Made by a program: the position numbers and the translations under genes | Origin: Dickeya solani IPO 2222 | Lineage (GTDB): Bacteria > Pseudomonadota > Gammaproteobacteria > Enterobacterales > Enterobacteriaceae | Direction of reading: 5' to 3' | Length of the DNA: 32,000 bases | Assembly: GCF_001644705.1 (NCBI RefSeq) | Contig: NZ_CP015137.1 | Span: forward strand, 1,500,001 to 1,532,000 | In this document: one piece after another, positions 20,301-25,298 of the stretch | Numbering within the stretch: position 1 is the first letter of the stretch | How the letters are laid out: each line of letters starts with the position of its first letter | The notes under the pieces: generated by a model | What the model was told of the DNA's origin: nothing | Database searches by the model: none | What the model saw: only the letters and a program-made list of their open reading frames with translations

Positions 20301-23300
20301 GGATAAAGTCTCAGATGCCACAGGCAGGGTTCCATTCTTCATAGGCACAACTGGTTTGATAGGCATAACGGCAGACTCAGCGACCTGAGCCGCACGGGTT
20401 CTTGATGCGTTGATAGCCGCAGGGTCACGCACTCGCTTACAGGTGAAATTTTTCAGCTCACCAATCTTTTCACCGCCTGGCTTAAAAAATTCCATAGTCA
20501 GGTAAGAGAGTTGCTCGGTTTGCTTCAGTGATGCACGGCTGACGCGGGTAATACAGTGTCCCGACAGCGGTTCTGACGCGCGGAAAGACTCGTAATAAAG
20601 CGGCAAAAATATATCCTGCGCTTTGTTTTTCTCCAGAAACAGATCCCCGGACCCGATAGCACTACCGTCAATCAGAACCGGGTGAAACAGATAATGTTCT
20701 GCGCCGAAGAGTGATTCGTCTGGAACCGCAATATCGATCAGGTTTGCCGAAGGCAGGTGATAGATAACGCCGTCGCCGACCATCGGCCCGCAGTGACGGA
20801 TATCTTCTCCACCAAATTCCACATACGCGTCCTGCAACCTCATCTGACTGATTGCTGTCTTTTTCAACCCATCTACATCAAGTGTTTCATTAAATACCGA
20901 CACCGGAACTGGGTGCATTTCCGCACTCATATACAGCTTCAATCCTGACTGCTGTTGATCATCCGATACTTCCCGGCCTTCAACTTTCAGATGCCAGTAC
21001 CCTTGCGTGCTCTTTTGACAGCTGATTTGTGCATCCACCCCATAGTCATCACCGATAGTAAAGGGGTAATGAATCGTTAGGTTGCGCATTTCCAGTTGGC
21101 GGTAATCCATGCCCTGCCGATGGAAAAACTGAAACAGCAGATCGATGTATGCCAGTCCGGGCAGCAGCGATTGCCCAAACGCCTGATGGTTATGCAAAAT
21201 GCGGTGATGGTGGTTAAAAGGTTGACTCCAGGGGTGATTTTCCGTGAAGAACCCCGCACGGCCGATGGGGTAACGCCCCTCTTCAATGAGGTCGCCGTCG
21301 CCAGCGCTTTTTTCAGCCACGCCGGCTTCAGATGCAGGCAACGGGGCACGAAAGACGTCTTTCGCAAATACATAGCCGGGCAAATGAATTCGCGCTGGCG
21401 GTTGCAGATAGAAACTTTGCCAGTCAACCGGTTTTCCCTGCAGCCAAGCCTGTCCAATCGCTTCCAGTTCGGAACGGGACAATGAGTGTAGACGGCGATG
21501 TTGATAAGCATCGGCGGCCAGAGCTTGTTGTTTTCTTCCCGCAATCGGGGCGTGCCCGAAAAAATGATCCGTCGATATCTTCTGACGGCAGAATGCCTGT
21601 AACTGTTGCAGACAGTCGCGATGATCTTTTGCAATCAGAAAGAAGCGTTCTGGCATCGCTTCCCGTCCGACCTGCAACGTATAGGCTATTGATTGTATAA
21701 AGGACAAGGCATCATCGTCTGGTCCGCTATTTTGCCAGTCAGTACGTTGCCGATCCGCATCTTCAAGGTAAGCACACAGTCCCTGAATCTGAGCTTGCAG
21801 ACTTTGCGTCGTTTTGGCCGATAACGGAATAATCCAGCCTGCGGTAACCGGTTCAGTTGCTTGTACCCGATCCGGTAAATACTCTTCGATGACCAAATGT
21901 GCATTGGTCCCGCTGTGACCGAAAGAGTTCAGGGCTGCCAGTCGCGGCCTGTCTGCGTGGTTTTTCCACACGGACGTGGTGTTTTGAATATAAAAAGCGG
22001 AATCTTGCAACTCAAATAACGGATTTATCTGCTGATAATGCCTTAAGCCCGGTAGTTGACGATGACGCATCGACAACAATATTTTGATAAGCCCAATCAC
22101 TCCAGAAGCTGCCGATGTATGGCCAATATGAGATTTCACGCTACCCAGAGCACAATAATGCTGCTTGTCGGTTAATGCCTTAAATGTTCGCGCCAGGGCA
22201 TTGACCTCAATGGTATCCCCCAATTTACCGCCGGTAGCATGAGCTTCAATGTAACTAATCTCTTCAGGATTGATGTGGTATTTATGGTAGACCTGCTCCA
22301 GTAATTGTTGCTGAGCCGTTCCACTCGGAGCCGTAATACCGTTGCTCGCTCCATCCTGATTCATTCCAGAGGCACGAATCACCCCGTAGATGGGATCGCC
22401 ATCCGTGATAGCCTGATCAAGACGTTTCAGTGCGACTATCCCGATCCCTTCAGATAACAGCATGCCGTCGGCCATCTGCTCAAAAATGGGACATTCTGCG
22501 CGATGGGACAACATGCCGATACTGGACAAACTTGCCAACGCCCCGGCATCCAAAGCAGCGAAAACACCACCGGCCAGCGCCAGATCCGTCTCCCGGCGGC
22601 GCAGACTTTCACAGGCCAGATGTATCGCCACCGCAGAAGATGAACAGCCGGTATTCACAACCAGCGCCGGACCTTTCATATCCAGAAAATACGACACACG
22701 TGATGCAATAATCGCTTCAGACGAGCCAACAAAAGAGCCCTGATGGTAATTCGACGGTTCCGCACCAATAAAAACACCCGTATTGGTGCCAGCCAGAACC
22801 TTGGGGTTATAGCCCGCATCTTCCAGTGCTTTCCAGCTTTCTTGTAACACCAATCGCTGATGTGGACTCATCGACAACGCATCCTGATCGGTAATCCGGA
22901 AAAATTTCGCATCGAAGCAGTCTCTGTCTTTAACGATCCCCCCCCATTTGCAATAGGTTTTTCCGCTCTGCGTTGCGTCTTCTTTACCTGTATCGACTTT
23001 GTCTGTGTCGACTTTGTCTGTATCGACAAAATATCTGGTTTGATCCAGATAATGTTCGGGTAATTCTTCAATACCTGAACGATGTGCAGCCAGGTTCTCC
23101 CAAAAATGCCGGGTATCCTCAGCACCGGGGAACTGCCCTGCCATACCGATCACCGCAATTGCAGCCGGTTCGATTGGCCCCTTTTCTGGTGTCGGCCCCG
23201 GATCATTTATGGACGCTGGCAATGTGGCAGACGGCGACACCGCTGCAGGCTGCGGGGCGGGTTCCAACCGCGGTTGCAATTGCGGCTGAGGTTGAGAGGG

Positions 23301-25298
23301 TTGTGGTGATGAGGATAGCGCCTGAGGAATACAGATCCGATCGGCGCAAGTCAGGGCAATATGCGCACTCAACGTCTCGACCGTCGTATAATCATAGAGC
23401 AACGCCGGGTTTAAATTGATCCCCAGCGCTTGATTGACCTGATTGACGAAGTTAACACTGAGAATCGAATCAATACCAAAGTTAGAAAACGCCACCTGTT
23501 CATCGATTTGCTCAGACGACAGATTGACCGTACTGACTAATCCATTGATCACACAGGTCGTTATATATTCCTGCGTTATTTCGCCGCGCTTATCGGCTTG
23601 CCCGACAGCATGCCCCTGACGAACCAGAACCGCAGGCTGAGCTATCCGCTCTGAGTATTCTTCCCGTAGCGGCATATCATCACCGCGCCCAGAGGTGGTT
23701 TCCGTGCCTGAAAAAAGCGTATCCGGCGCGCGCTCAGCCAGAACATCATGTCCCGCAGTCCGGACGATATGGCCGCTCAGCAAGGTGACGGAACTGTAGT
23801 CATAAAGCGCGGCGGGATTCAGGCGAACCCCAAGCATATCATTGATTTTATTTACAAAATTAACACTTAGAATAGAATCAATTCCGTATTCGGAAAACGC
23901 GACTTCCGTATCGATCTGCGCAGTTGAAAGATTAACCGCTTGTGCCAAAGCAGACACGACCGCATCGTGAACACGATCGGCAATCTGCTGTTCTGTCATA
24001 GGCGCTTCGGGTGTTGCCGCCGCAACCGATGAACGTTCGGCGGAACGGGAGATGGCCTGTTGCTGTGCATCCACCGTAGAATATTGCGACTTATCAGCCG
24101 TCAGAACCTCAGCCGTCAGAGTCTCAGCCGTCAGCGGTTGAACCGCTGGCTTCCCCTGCTGGCGAACCATGCCGTCACTGAGGGCGACAATAATGGTTTG
24201 TCCTAGCGCATGGGCTCTTTGCGCCGGAAACTCAACCGCAAAGAACCCTTCTTCTTCCAGTATCTCCTGCCACGTTTCAGGCGCTATTGCCGGGCTGCCC
24301 GCAATGCGTAACGCCGAATCCTGATGTAACCACCATCCTTTAAGCAGCCCGAACGTCAAATGGGTAAAAACAGACTTATCGCTAAGCTCATTAATCACCA
24401 CCATTCCCCCGCTGCGTAAAGCGGCTTTGCAATGCCGCAGCGTGGCCCGGATATCCTTGGTGGCATGTAATACATTGGTCGCAATCGCTACGTCAAAAGA
24501 ACCCAGAGGAATAGGCTGTGTCGCCAGTGGTTGTTCAATATCCCACAAGGCATAGTCAAGAAACGGGCAATTCGGCCCATAGTGACTACGGGCGTGCATC
24601 AAAAATGCCTGGGAAAGATCCGTATACAGATATTCCTGAATATTGTGCTGATATTTCATCAACTCCGGCAAAACCATTGCCGTTGTTCCGCCAGTACCGG
24701 CACCGATTTCCACCAGATGCAACTGCGCGTCGTGATCAAACTGCAGCGCCTCATTCACGTAGTCGCCAACGGTTTTCGTCAATACCCGATTAAACAAATC
24801 AGCGACCGGATTATTTTTATAAATCCCTTCCACTTTCTCCATCGACGCATTGGGGAACAGAATCTCCGTCGCCTGCACCTGTCCTGTCAGAATCCGAGGC
24901 AGATTGCGCAAGCAGGTATCGACAAGATTCATTTGAGTCATACGTGCATGATCATGGCGATAACCGTCACGATAATCATCCCATGCCTGCCATATAGCCT
25001 CTGGTTGTTCCGCTAACGGCTGCCAGCGAACCAACGTTTCACCCTGCCGGGTTACCAATCCAGCCTCAAGTAACTGCGCCATCGACTCCAGCCACCAGAG
25101 TCGGAACTGATGATCAAGCCCCAAACGGTCGGCAAGCGTAGAAAAATCCAGAGGATTCAACGACGATGAAAAAACGCCAAGCCCGTCAAGCTGTACATAC
25201 AGCAGTTGGATTAACCATTGATTAATTGCATGAGGATGATGGGATTGCAGCAACGAGTCAGCCTCTTCATCCCATTGATTATCAGCGATATTATTCAT
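8373..25298 (-). CDS. Trans-AT polyketide synthase, 5641 aa: cMT-ACP-ACP-KS-DH-ACP-KS-KR-ACP-KS-ACP-TE-KS-ACP-C
   Basis: A single uninterrupted ORF with an AGGAGG RBS 7 nt upstream of the ATG at 25298. It has four KS active-site Cys motifs, six carrier-protein Ser motifs and no GHSxG AT between any KS and the next domain. See the domain rows below. Confidence 0.97.
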   Translation of the reverse strand: MNNIADNQWDEEADSLLQSHHPHAINQWLIQLLYVQLDGLGVFSSSLNPLDFSTLADRLGLDHQFRLWWLESMAQLLEAGLVTRQGETLVRWQPLAEQPEAIWQAWDDYRDGYRHDHARMTQMNLVDTCLRNLPRILTGQVQATEILFPNASMEKVEGIYKNNPVADLFNRVLTKTVGDYVNEALQFDHDAQLHLVEIGAGTGGTTAMVLPELMKYQHNIQEYLYTDLSQAFLMHARSHYGPNCPFLDYALWDIEQPLATQPIPLGSFDVAIATNVLHATKDIRATLRHCKAALRSGGMVVINELSDKSVFTHLTFGLLKGWWLHQDSALRIAGSPAIAPETWQEILEEEGFFAVEFPAQRAHALGQTIIVALSDGMVRQQGKPAVQPLTAETLTAEVLTADKSQYSTVDAQQQAISRSAERSSVAAATPEAPMTEQQIADRVHDAVVSALAQAVNLSTAQIDTEVAFSEYGIDSILSVNFVNKINDMLGVRLNPAALYDYSSVTLLSGHIVRTAGHDVLAERAPDTLFSGTETTSGRGDDMPLREEYSERIAQPAVLVRQGHAVGQADKRGEITQEYITTCVINGLVSTVNLSSEQIDEQVAFSNFGIDSILSVNFVNQVNQALGINLNPALLYDYTTVETLSAHIALTCADRICIPQALSSSPQPSQPQPQLQPRLEPAPQPAAVSPSATLPASINDPGPTPEKGPIEPAAIAVIGMAGQFPGAEDTRHFWENLAAHRSGIEELPEHYLDQTRYFVDTDKVDTDKVDTGKEDATQSGKTYCKWGGIVKDRDCFDAKFFRITDQDALSMSPHQRLVLQESWKALEDAGYNPKVLAGTNTGVFIGAEPSNYHQGSFVGSSEAIIASRVSYFLDMKGPALVVNTGCSSSAVAIHLACESLRRRETDLALAGGVFAALDAGALASLSSIGMLSHRAECPIFEQMADGMLLSEGIGIVALKRLDQAITDGDPIYGVIRASGMNQDGASNGITAPSGTAQQQLLEQVYHKYHINPEEISYIEAHATGGKLGDTIEVNALARTFKALTDKQHYCALGSVKSHIGHTSAASGVIGLIKILLSMRHRQLPGLRHYQQINPLFELQDSAFYIQNTTSVWKNHADRPRLAALNSFGHSGTNAHLVIEEYLPDRVQATEPVTAGWIIPLSAKTTQSLQAQIQGLCAYLEDADRQRTDWQNSGPDDDALSFIQSIAYTLQVGREAMPERFFLIAKDHRDCLQQLQAFCRQKISTDHFFGHAPIAGRKQQALAADAYQHRRLHSLSRSELEAIGQAWLQGKPVDWQSFYLQPPARIHLPGYVFAKDVFRAPLPASEAGVAEKSAGDGDLIEEGRYPIGRAGFFTENHPWSQPFNHHHRILHNHQAFGQSLLPGLAYIDLLFQFFHRQGMDYRQLEMRNLTIHYPFTIGDDYGVDAQISCQKSTQGYWHLKVEGREVSDDQQQSGLKLYMSAEMHPVPVSVFNETLDVDGLKKTAISQMRLQDAYVEFGGEDIRHCGPMVGDGVIYHLPSANLIDIAVPDESLFGAEHYLFHPVLIDGSAIGSGDLFLEKNKAQDIFLPLYYESFRASEPLSGHCITRVSRASLKQTEQLSYLTMEFFKPGGEKIGELKNFTCKRVRDPAAINASRTRAAQVAESAVMPIKPVVPMKNGTLPVASETLSISSDENDSALERAENILKKILADTLAKSTEEIESDIGYYELGLDSAGLLQMVQSLEQSLKVKLNPTLLFEYATVGALAEYLLERYPESFRSLADMAPDVATVTERDNAHQLASGTLPDSGISAGINQAGSEPINARQAASHSSSIIQNASESEDIAVIGMSGRYPGAKHMAEFWENLKAGKDCVTEIPGSRWQKSVLDGITSPSGRPIPQWGGFIEDVDCFDAQFFRVSPREAQWLDPQERLFLETCWAAIEDAGYTPETLVAEQGLNKRRDVGVFVGVMHNDYALIASEIVNRGQVMPLSMNYAPIANRVSYFCGFHGPSFAVDTVCSSSLTALHLALESLHRGESKIALAGGVNLSLHPYKYMTYGLADMYSTDGRCRTFGDGGNGFVSGEGVGAVLLKPLSQAVKDRDNIYAVIKGSTINHVGQVSGITVPSPVAQADLMLRCYEKTGIDPRTISYIEAHGTGTALGDPIEVQGLVKAFRQHTKDQQFCAIGSVKSNIGHAESAAGISGLSKVILQLHHKTLVPSLLHSEQVNPYLELDNSPFYIQRETQAWEQPTVGEEGEKINVPRRAGISSFGATGSNAHLIVEEFLPHLSRRSENSQRHNTPLVASLSAKDVPLSAKIVPLSAKNEERLRVMARNLAQFLETHPDIDGIHPADLAFTLQVGRRVLEERVVFVVQDLRELQKKLVAFAEDDVLPERCWRGGGGRESGRDTGFMSADDSTALLHRWVEQNAVHKIARFWTEGFHVDWYQLYPIATPCRISLPGYPFARERHWIQAPEDLGRIARDTSPADTSSPTALTSESAHQEEREALMLFTESWQKMPHPATSPQDHGFKTLICFLSEPESQRLLQSQMKALAPQTAIVFVSRLALEEGVSGFHLPQQDTTQENTESYQHCFAQLKSAGIQPQHSAILYLWPLEARGQIQDFAALHVLLSSMVATNMAPARLLLAGVSHHSLERAYLESWIGIERSLTSVLPKTQCAVAVSVAPGSGMVGEQATFTGQPVFTKQSVFTKQSVFTKHYVSILYQELTGQHFESVCYEGTERYILKVQPSPVSLAEPAVAEAGIKQGGTYLITGGFGGLGLIFARYLAQQYSARLILTGRSAMDTDRKAIADELTQLGGQVHYIQADVCDVGAMRFNLVQARQLMGPILGVIHTAGLEASEPVFEKSRQAFKDILRPKVEGTQLLDELLMQDPLDFVCYFSSSAAFLGDFGSCDYAMGNRFQMGYGKHRMAQVQQGKLRGKTLIINWPFWKEGKMGIRDRDSAEFYLRSSGQRALESEEGLLVFEQLLRQSEGQHLVMAGKPSRVARFLGLKEQPVAGRTEHHPVSGKGDIANQAAIRDAGQKHDHETASRSGGHSAPLPADATGMRTEVSNVLKTQISRLLGTPVDRIGLNSSFADFGFDSISLASFSRELSKYFDVEITPAVLFGHSSVKRLTEYFCREHAQALDAMFSRQVSPETDTVSMSPLVDSNHLTVEREDVNPTSGHELGQMKTTTENHQSAPAATNTVASDVMDEPIAVIGMSGRFPQADNIDDFWEKLIQGESCIGEMSGPRWDWQSVTDSMPSGSSEDRDKHETLPQWGAFMTDIMQFDAAFFDIAPKDAMDMDPRQRIFLQEAWHTFEDAGYMGQRIRGMSCGVYVGAEESDYGAIVGDQGSINGNQNATLAARISYALDLKGPNMALTAACASGLVAVHQACLALRQGDCEMALAGGINLLMTPWVYQSMNRTGMLSPDGKASVFDQRANGLVLGEAVAVVLLKPLSKAKADGDRIYGCIKASGVNYDGKTNGITAPNPVRQAELLKNIYDRYRIDPGNIHYVISHSTGSQLGDPIEVQALTDAFAGRCSDSHRCVLGSIKPLIGHTFAASGVVSLIAMLKAMAHQTIPATHRFDTCNRYIKLERTPFTIHQQNQPWLRQGKQPRLGAISATGISGTNAHAVIEEYIADDPESLTGTDSYPPKEGARRPLGIAARPSLVPISAKTTAALQAYAQAFVQFLQRHPATRLDQLAYSLQTGRDAMAKRVAFVVSDTTELRDKLALFIRGDIAPGAYYHGEPRSDEVTGSARENEWDEENSPAQIAQIQGWIAAEQWQELADAWVNGVNVDWFDLYRETFSLQQIVPKQIVPKQIVPKQRVPRQRVPQRISLPVYPFQGKRYWANLPPAEVTAQTQVTSRSTVTGEKKAVISGDAAVNKSGTSQLDAITRQVRSLLMQTLYFEESEIENHQLFTELGLNSINAVGFIEAVNRAFASGLTINAIFDYPSIDALSLYLGNHMPPSPINRQGNAFAAASVIAHETGDKKEADDSQATSDNTIAGLQSQRPERAWLRHYPECIPLSKPLRDRHIKDEQTPESSRFWIHPLTGSTGLYLKIAENLADEYAIWGIQSRGFLTRFQPLESIESMARYYIEIIQASNATGPYELAGYSMGGIIAYEMARQLQLAGFSVSSLILLEPPFPQPDNHASSPFYYRDALLMSANFFLHYSMSEALASGQIAFDTIAYTEQELMRVDVDKQVTWLAEGCLKKGVQQPLSVVKDKIENMAQILKHNREAMAAYSVNALPNAHDIDLHYVTITSSYDDRPENQGKLSALAENNRHVLGEELTHDESHCQRWLHYLPGAQVFRTKARDHFHLLSERESVEMISERCRAVYRGKSAGKTTPGESGKRAAQPRKEGRDHIAIIGMSGQFPGAKNPDDFWHLLEQGQSAFTAPPESRGWSVSPGNYGEYAGYGGFLSDVEHFDPLFFQISPHEASMLDPCERLFLQESWKAIEDAGIIPETLSGKRWGVFCGSGGDYTLRFAEGEHFAPNITLSQVPGRVSYSLNLKGPCLTVEAGCASSLLAVAQACDQLVLGQCEVAIAGGALIYSTPNMLLSSSRLGLLSPADRGCAFSAHATGMMPGESVGVVILKPLQQALADGDRIHGVIEAWGSNHNGKTNGIMAPSASAQEELLSDIYQRFDIRPQSITLVEAHAAGMPAADAAEVESLTNVFRQNGGLVQSGRQPFCALGSVENNIGHAFHSAGMNHLFKVLLALRHRTIPGTPNTEDRTSLLPLEQSPFYINSKTVPWTVDSGQVRRAAISSLGATGINVHLVVAEPHKNREGREWSPENISSNASSLQGESPAHGGEPPVFIVLSGKSERALQQRCRDLQDFMRAQHGLDLKQLSANLLLRRSHFSYRCACVVSDANALHSFLDKVIAGAALTQEDNGYQGKVSSGRQLLAGNEASSAVAHVRQAVHAPTNRDNLLALARLYANGVDFFSPDFSAEIRMDQAYSPAEKFPLSLPGYPFDKRLCWAGAVRKGPAGALRQEATDFQTKQQAASQQAEVPQQLAQQLTGMLAELAGLSVAEIDLDEPVTRYGIDSLLGLRLLNRINSAFVTEFDAHLLTKESLRLIAGEIAWVIAHRPRNTAHDSSLSTYYPLATASASEHVSLNAMPENRPAFIQSVSLALPLAAAPVEDMTLGRTELSLLLQQGIGVWKEATGFRFEFYRNALRAGDALDRVKRPDCLWSCLETGVRYYPVSHIQAFILHETEVKKRSTFNIGQGFWIDMPVDLSLLNQALNDMVRHHAILRTGAEFVGQQWAQVVHDALILECREVCWPYISDRETFEQTFAGFQKSVNAQLFQADRMPMFELYLAHNGADLGAVYFVTHHFHADGFTLFMFLQELYHRYEALRNGIDFYCPKPPAEYAHFALSQFGEHQEIATRYWLSKLHDKRTSFTLRDKQIALSRSPDKQHGKPEKAGAYSLDISDEMLNRLQSSNRRQNTTLTQLVTCALATLMYRITGENMPIQMAYNLRDRYEFEPVYGDFSSSVPLVLTLHAHFSLRQVWRIYDEALLQVQKYKHFDFVALHQQLAPEGLDAHDHTLLGSLSIDSNDRDTFVEVTTFAQRLLPMSLEEREPVAPLLIGLLKTHGKLSLPFMYDRSYFSPDVIQMLADHVLVLLDMMVEQPELTVDEIPVPTMLAERLSPEDISTLTVLDV
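8376..9776 (-). other. NRPS-type condensation (C) domain, C-terminal, with no following A-PCP
   Basis: Residues ~5175-5641: PVSHIQAFIL (C1-like), RHHAILRT (C2), and an intact active site H5313H5314FHAD5318G5319. Confidence 0.85.
10104..10331 (-). other. ACP
   Basis: Residues ~4990-5065: VTRYGIDS(5025)LLGLRL. Confidence 0.85.
11019..12278 (-). other. KS domain (divergent: EAGC4499ASS / EAH4634AAGM / GH4679A)
   Basis: Residues ~4341-4760: IAIIGMSGQFPGA...INVHLVVAE. The LGDPIE region has degenerated to AADAAE. Confidence 0.88.
12354..13241 (-). other. Thioesterase (alpha/beta-hydrolase) domain in an internal position
   Basis: Residues ~4020-4315: FWIHPLTGSTGLY, nucleophile elbow GYS(4091)MGG, LILLE(4118)PP at the position where type I TEs carry the triad Asp, and RDH(4294)FHLL. 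Confidence 0.8.
13479..13706 (-). other. ACP
   Basis: Residues ~3865-3940: FTELGLNS(3901)INAVGF. Asn replaces the usual Asp before the Ser. Confidence 0.8.
13871..13950 (-). repeat. 15-bp in-frame tandem repeat, ~5 copies, encoding (QIVPK)3(QRVPR)2 immediately before the LPxYPF motif
   Basis: gttgcggtactctct / gccgcggtactctct / gtttcggtactatct x3. The protein reads LQQIVPKQIVPKQIVPKQRVPRQRVPQRISLPVYPF. Confidence 0.95.
14463..15743 (-). other. KS domain (divergent: AAC3356ASG / ISH3491STGS / GH3531T)
   Basis: Residues ~3186-3612: IAVIGMSGRFPQA...NAHAVIEEY. Confidence 0.9.
15963..16196 (-). other. ACP
   Basis: Residues ~3035-3112: FADFGFDS(3074)ISLASF. Confidence 0.85.
16524..17846 (-). other. 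KR domain (structural plus catalytic subdomains)
   Basis: Residues ~2485-2925: TYLITGGFGGLG, K2850, SSS(2873-2875), Y2887AMGN2891. There is no Asp at the LDD position (HTAGLEASE), which suggests an A-type KR (tentative). Confidence 0.85.
17231..17284 (-). repeat. 18-bp in-frame tandem repeat, 3 copies, encoding (VFTKQS)-type hexapeptides upstream of the KR Rossmann fold
   Basis: gtttagtgaaaaccgatt / gtttagtgaagaccgact / gtttagtgaaaaccggct. The protein reads QPVFTKQSVFTKQSVFTKH. Confidence 0.93.
18408..18470 (-). repeat. 21-bp in-frame tandem repeat, 3 copies, encoding a triplicated (V)PLSAK heptad at the KS/flanking-subdomain junction
   Basis: tgccgataaag recurs at 18411, 18432 and (as cgccgataaag) 18453, a 21-bp period. 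The protein reads LVASLSAKDVPLSAKIVPLSAKNEE. Confidence 0.9.
18528..19844 (-). other. KS domain (fully canonical)
   Basis: Residues ~1819-2257: DTVC1994SSS, EAH2129GTGTALGDPIE, KSNIGH2169. Confidence 0.93.
20043..20276 (-). other. ACP
   Basis: Residues ~1675-1752: YYELGLDS(1711)AGLLQM. Confidence 0.85.
20424..21266 (-). other. DH domain (hot-dog dehydratase)
   Basis: Residues ~1345-1625: H1371xxxG1375xxxxP1380 (HQAFGQSLLP) and HPVLID1544. The DxxxQ position is Ile, so it is somewhat non-canonical. Confidence 0.75.
21879..23165 (-). other. KS domain (divergent: NTGC885SSS / EAH1020ATGG / GH1060T)
   Basis: Residues ~712-1140: IAVIGMAGQFPGA...NAHLVIEEY. It contains a repeat-encoded VDTDK insertion. 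Confidence 0.9.
22989..23027 (-). repeat. 15-bp in-frame tandem repeat, ~2.6 copies, encoding VDTDK-VDTDK-VDTGK inside the N-terminal part of a KS
   Basis: tgtatcgactttgtc / tgtgtcgactttgtc / tgtatcgac. Confidence 0.9.
23349..23576 (-). other. ACP (second of a tandem pair)
   Basis: Residues ~575-650: AFSNFGIDS(611)ILSVNF. It is closely similar to the preceding ACP at protein and DNA level. Confidence 0.85.
23763..23993 (-). other. ACP (first of a tandem pair)
   Basis: Residues ~436-512: AFSEYGIDS(475)ILSVNF. Confidence 0.85.
24094..24138 (-). repeat. 15-bp in-frame tandem repeat, 3 copies, encoding LTAE(T/V)-type pentapeptides in the MT-ACP linker
   Basis: tcagccgtcagaacc / tcagccgtcagagtc / tcagccgtcagcggt. 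The protein reads PLTAETLTAEVLTAD. Confidence 0.9.
24174..24851 (-). other. C-methyltransferase domain (SAM-dependent, class I)
   Basis: Residues ~150-375: motif I VEIGAGTGGTT, YLYTDLS, FDVAIATNVLHAT, LRSGGMVVINE. Confidence 0.85.

Noticed and set aside
23349-23993. The tandem ACPs as a flag for HMG-CoA-synthase beta-branching
   Set aside because: No HMGS, ECH or KS-decarboxylase cassette is in the window, and the ACPs lack the Trp a few residues after the phosphopantetheine Ser that typifies beta-branching ACPs. The doublet belongs to the methylating module. A cassette beyond the window cannot be excluded.
16218-25016. Numerous 60-185-aa ORFs in other frames inside the megasynthase genes, for example 16218..16664 +, 18104..18538 -, 18792..19250 +, 21077..21634 -, 22973..23419 + and 24531..25016 +
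   Set aside because: All are nested in continuous PKS reading frames that have domain motifs throughout. They have low-complexity or biased composition and no signatures of their own.
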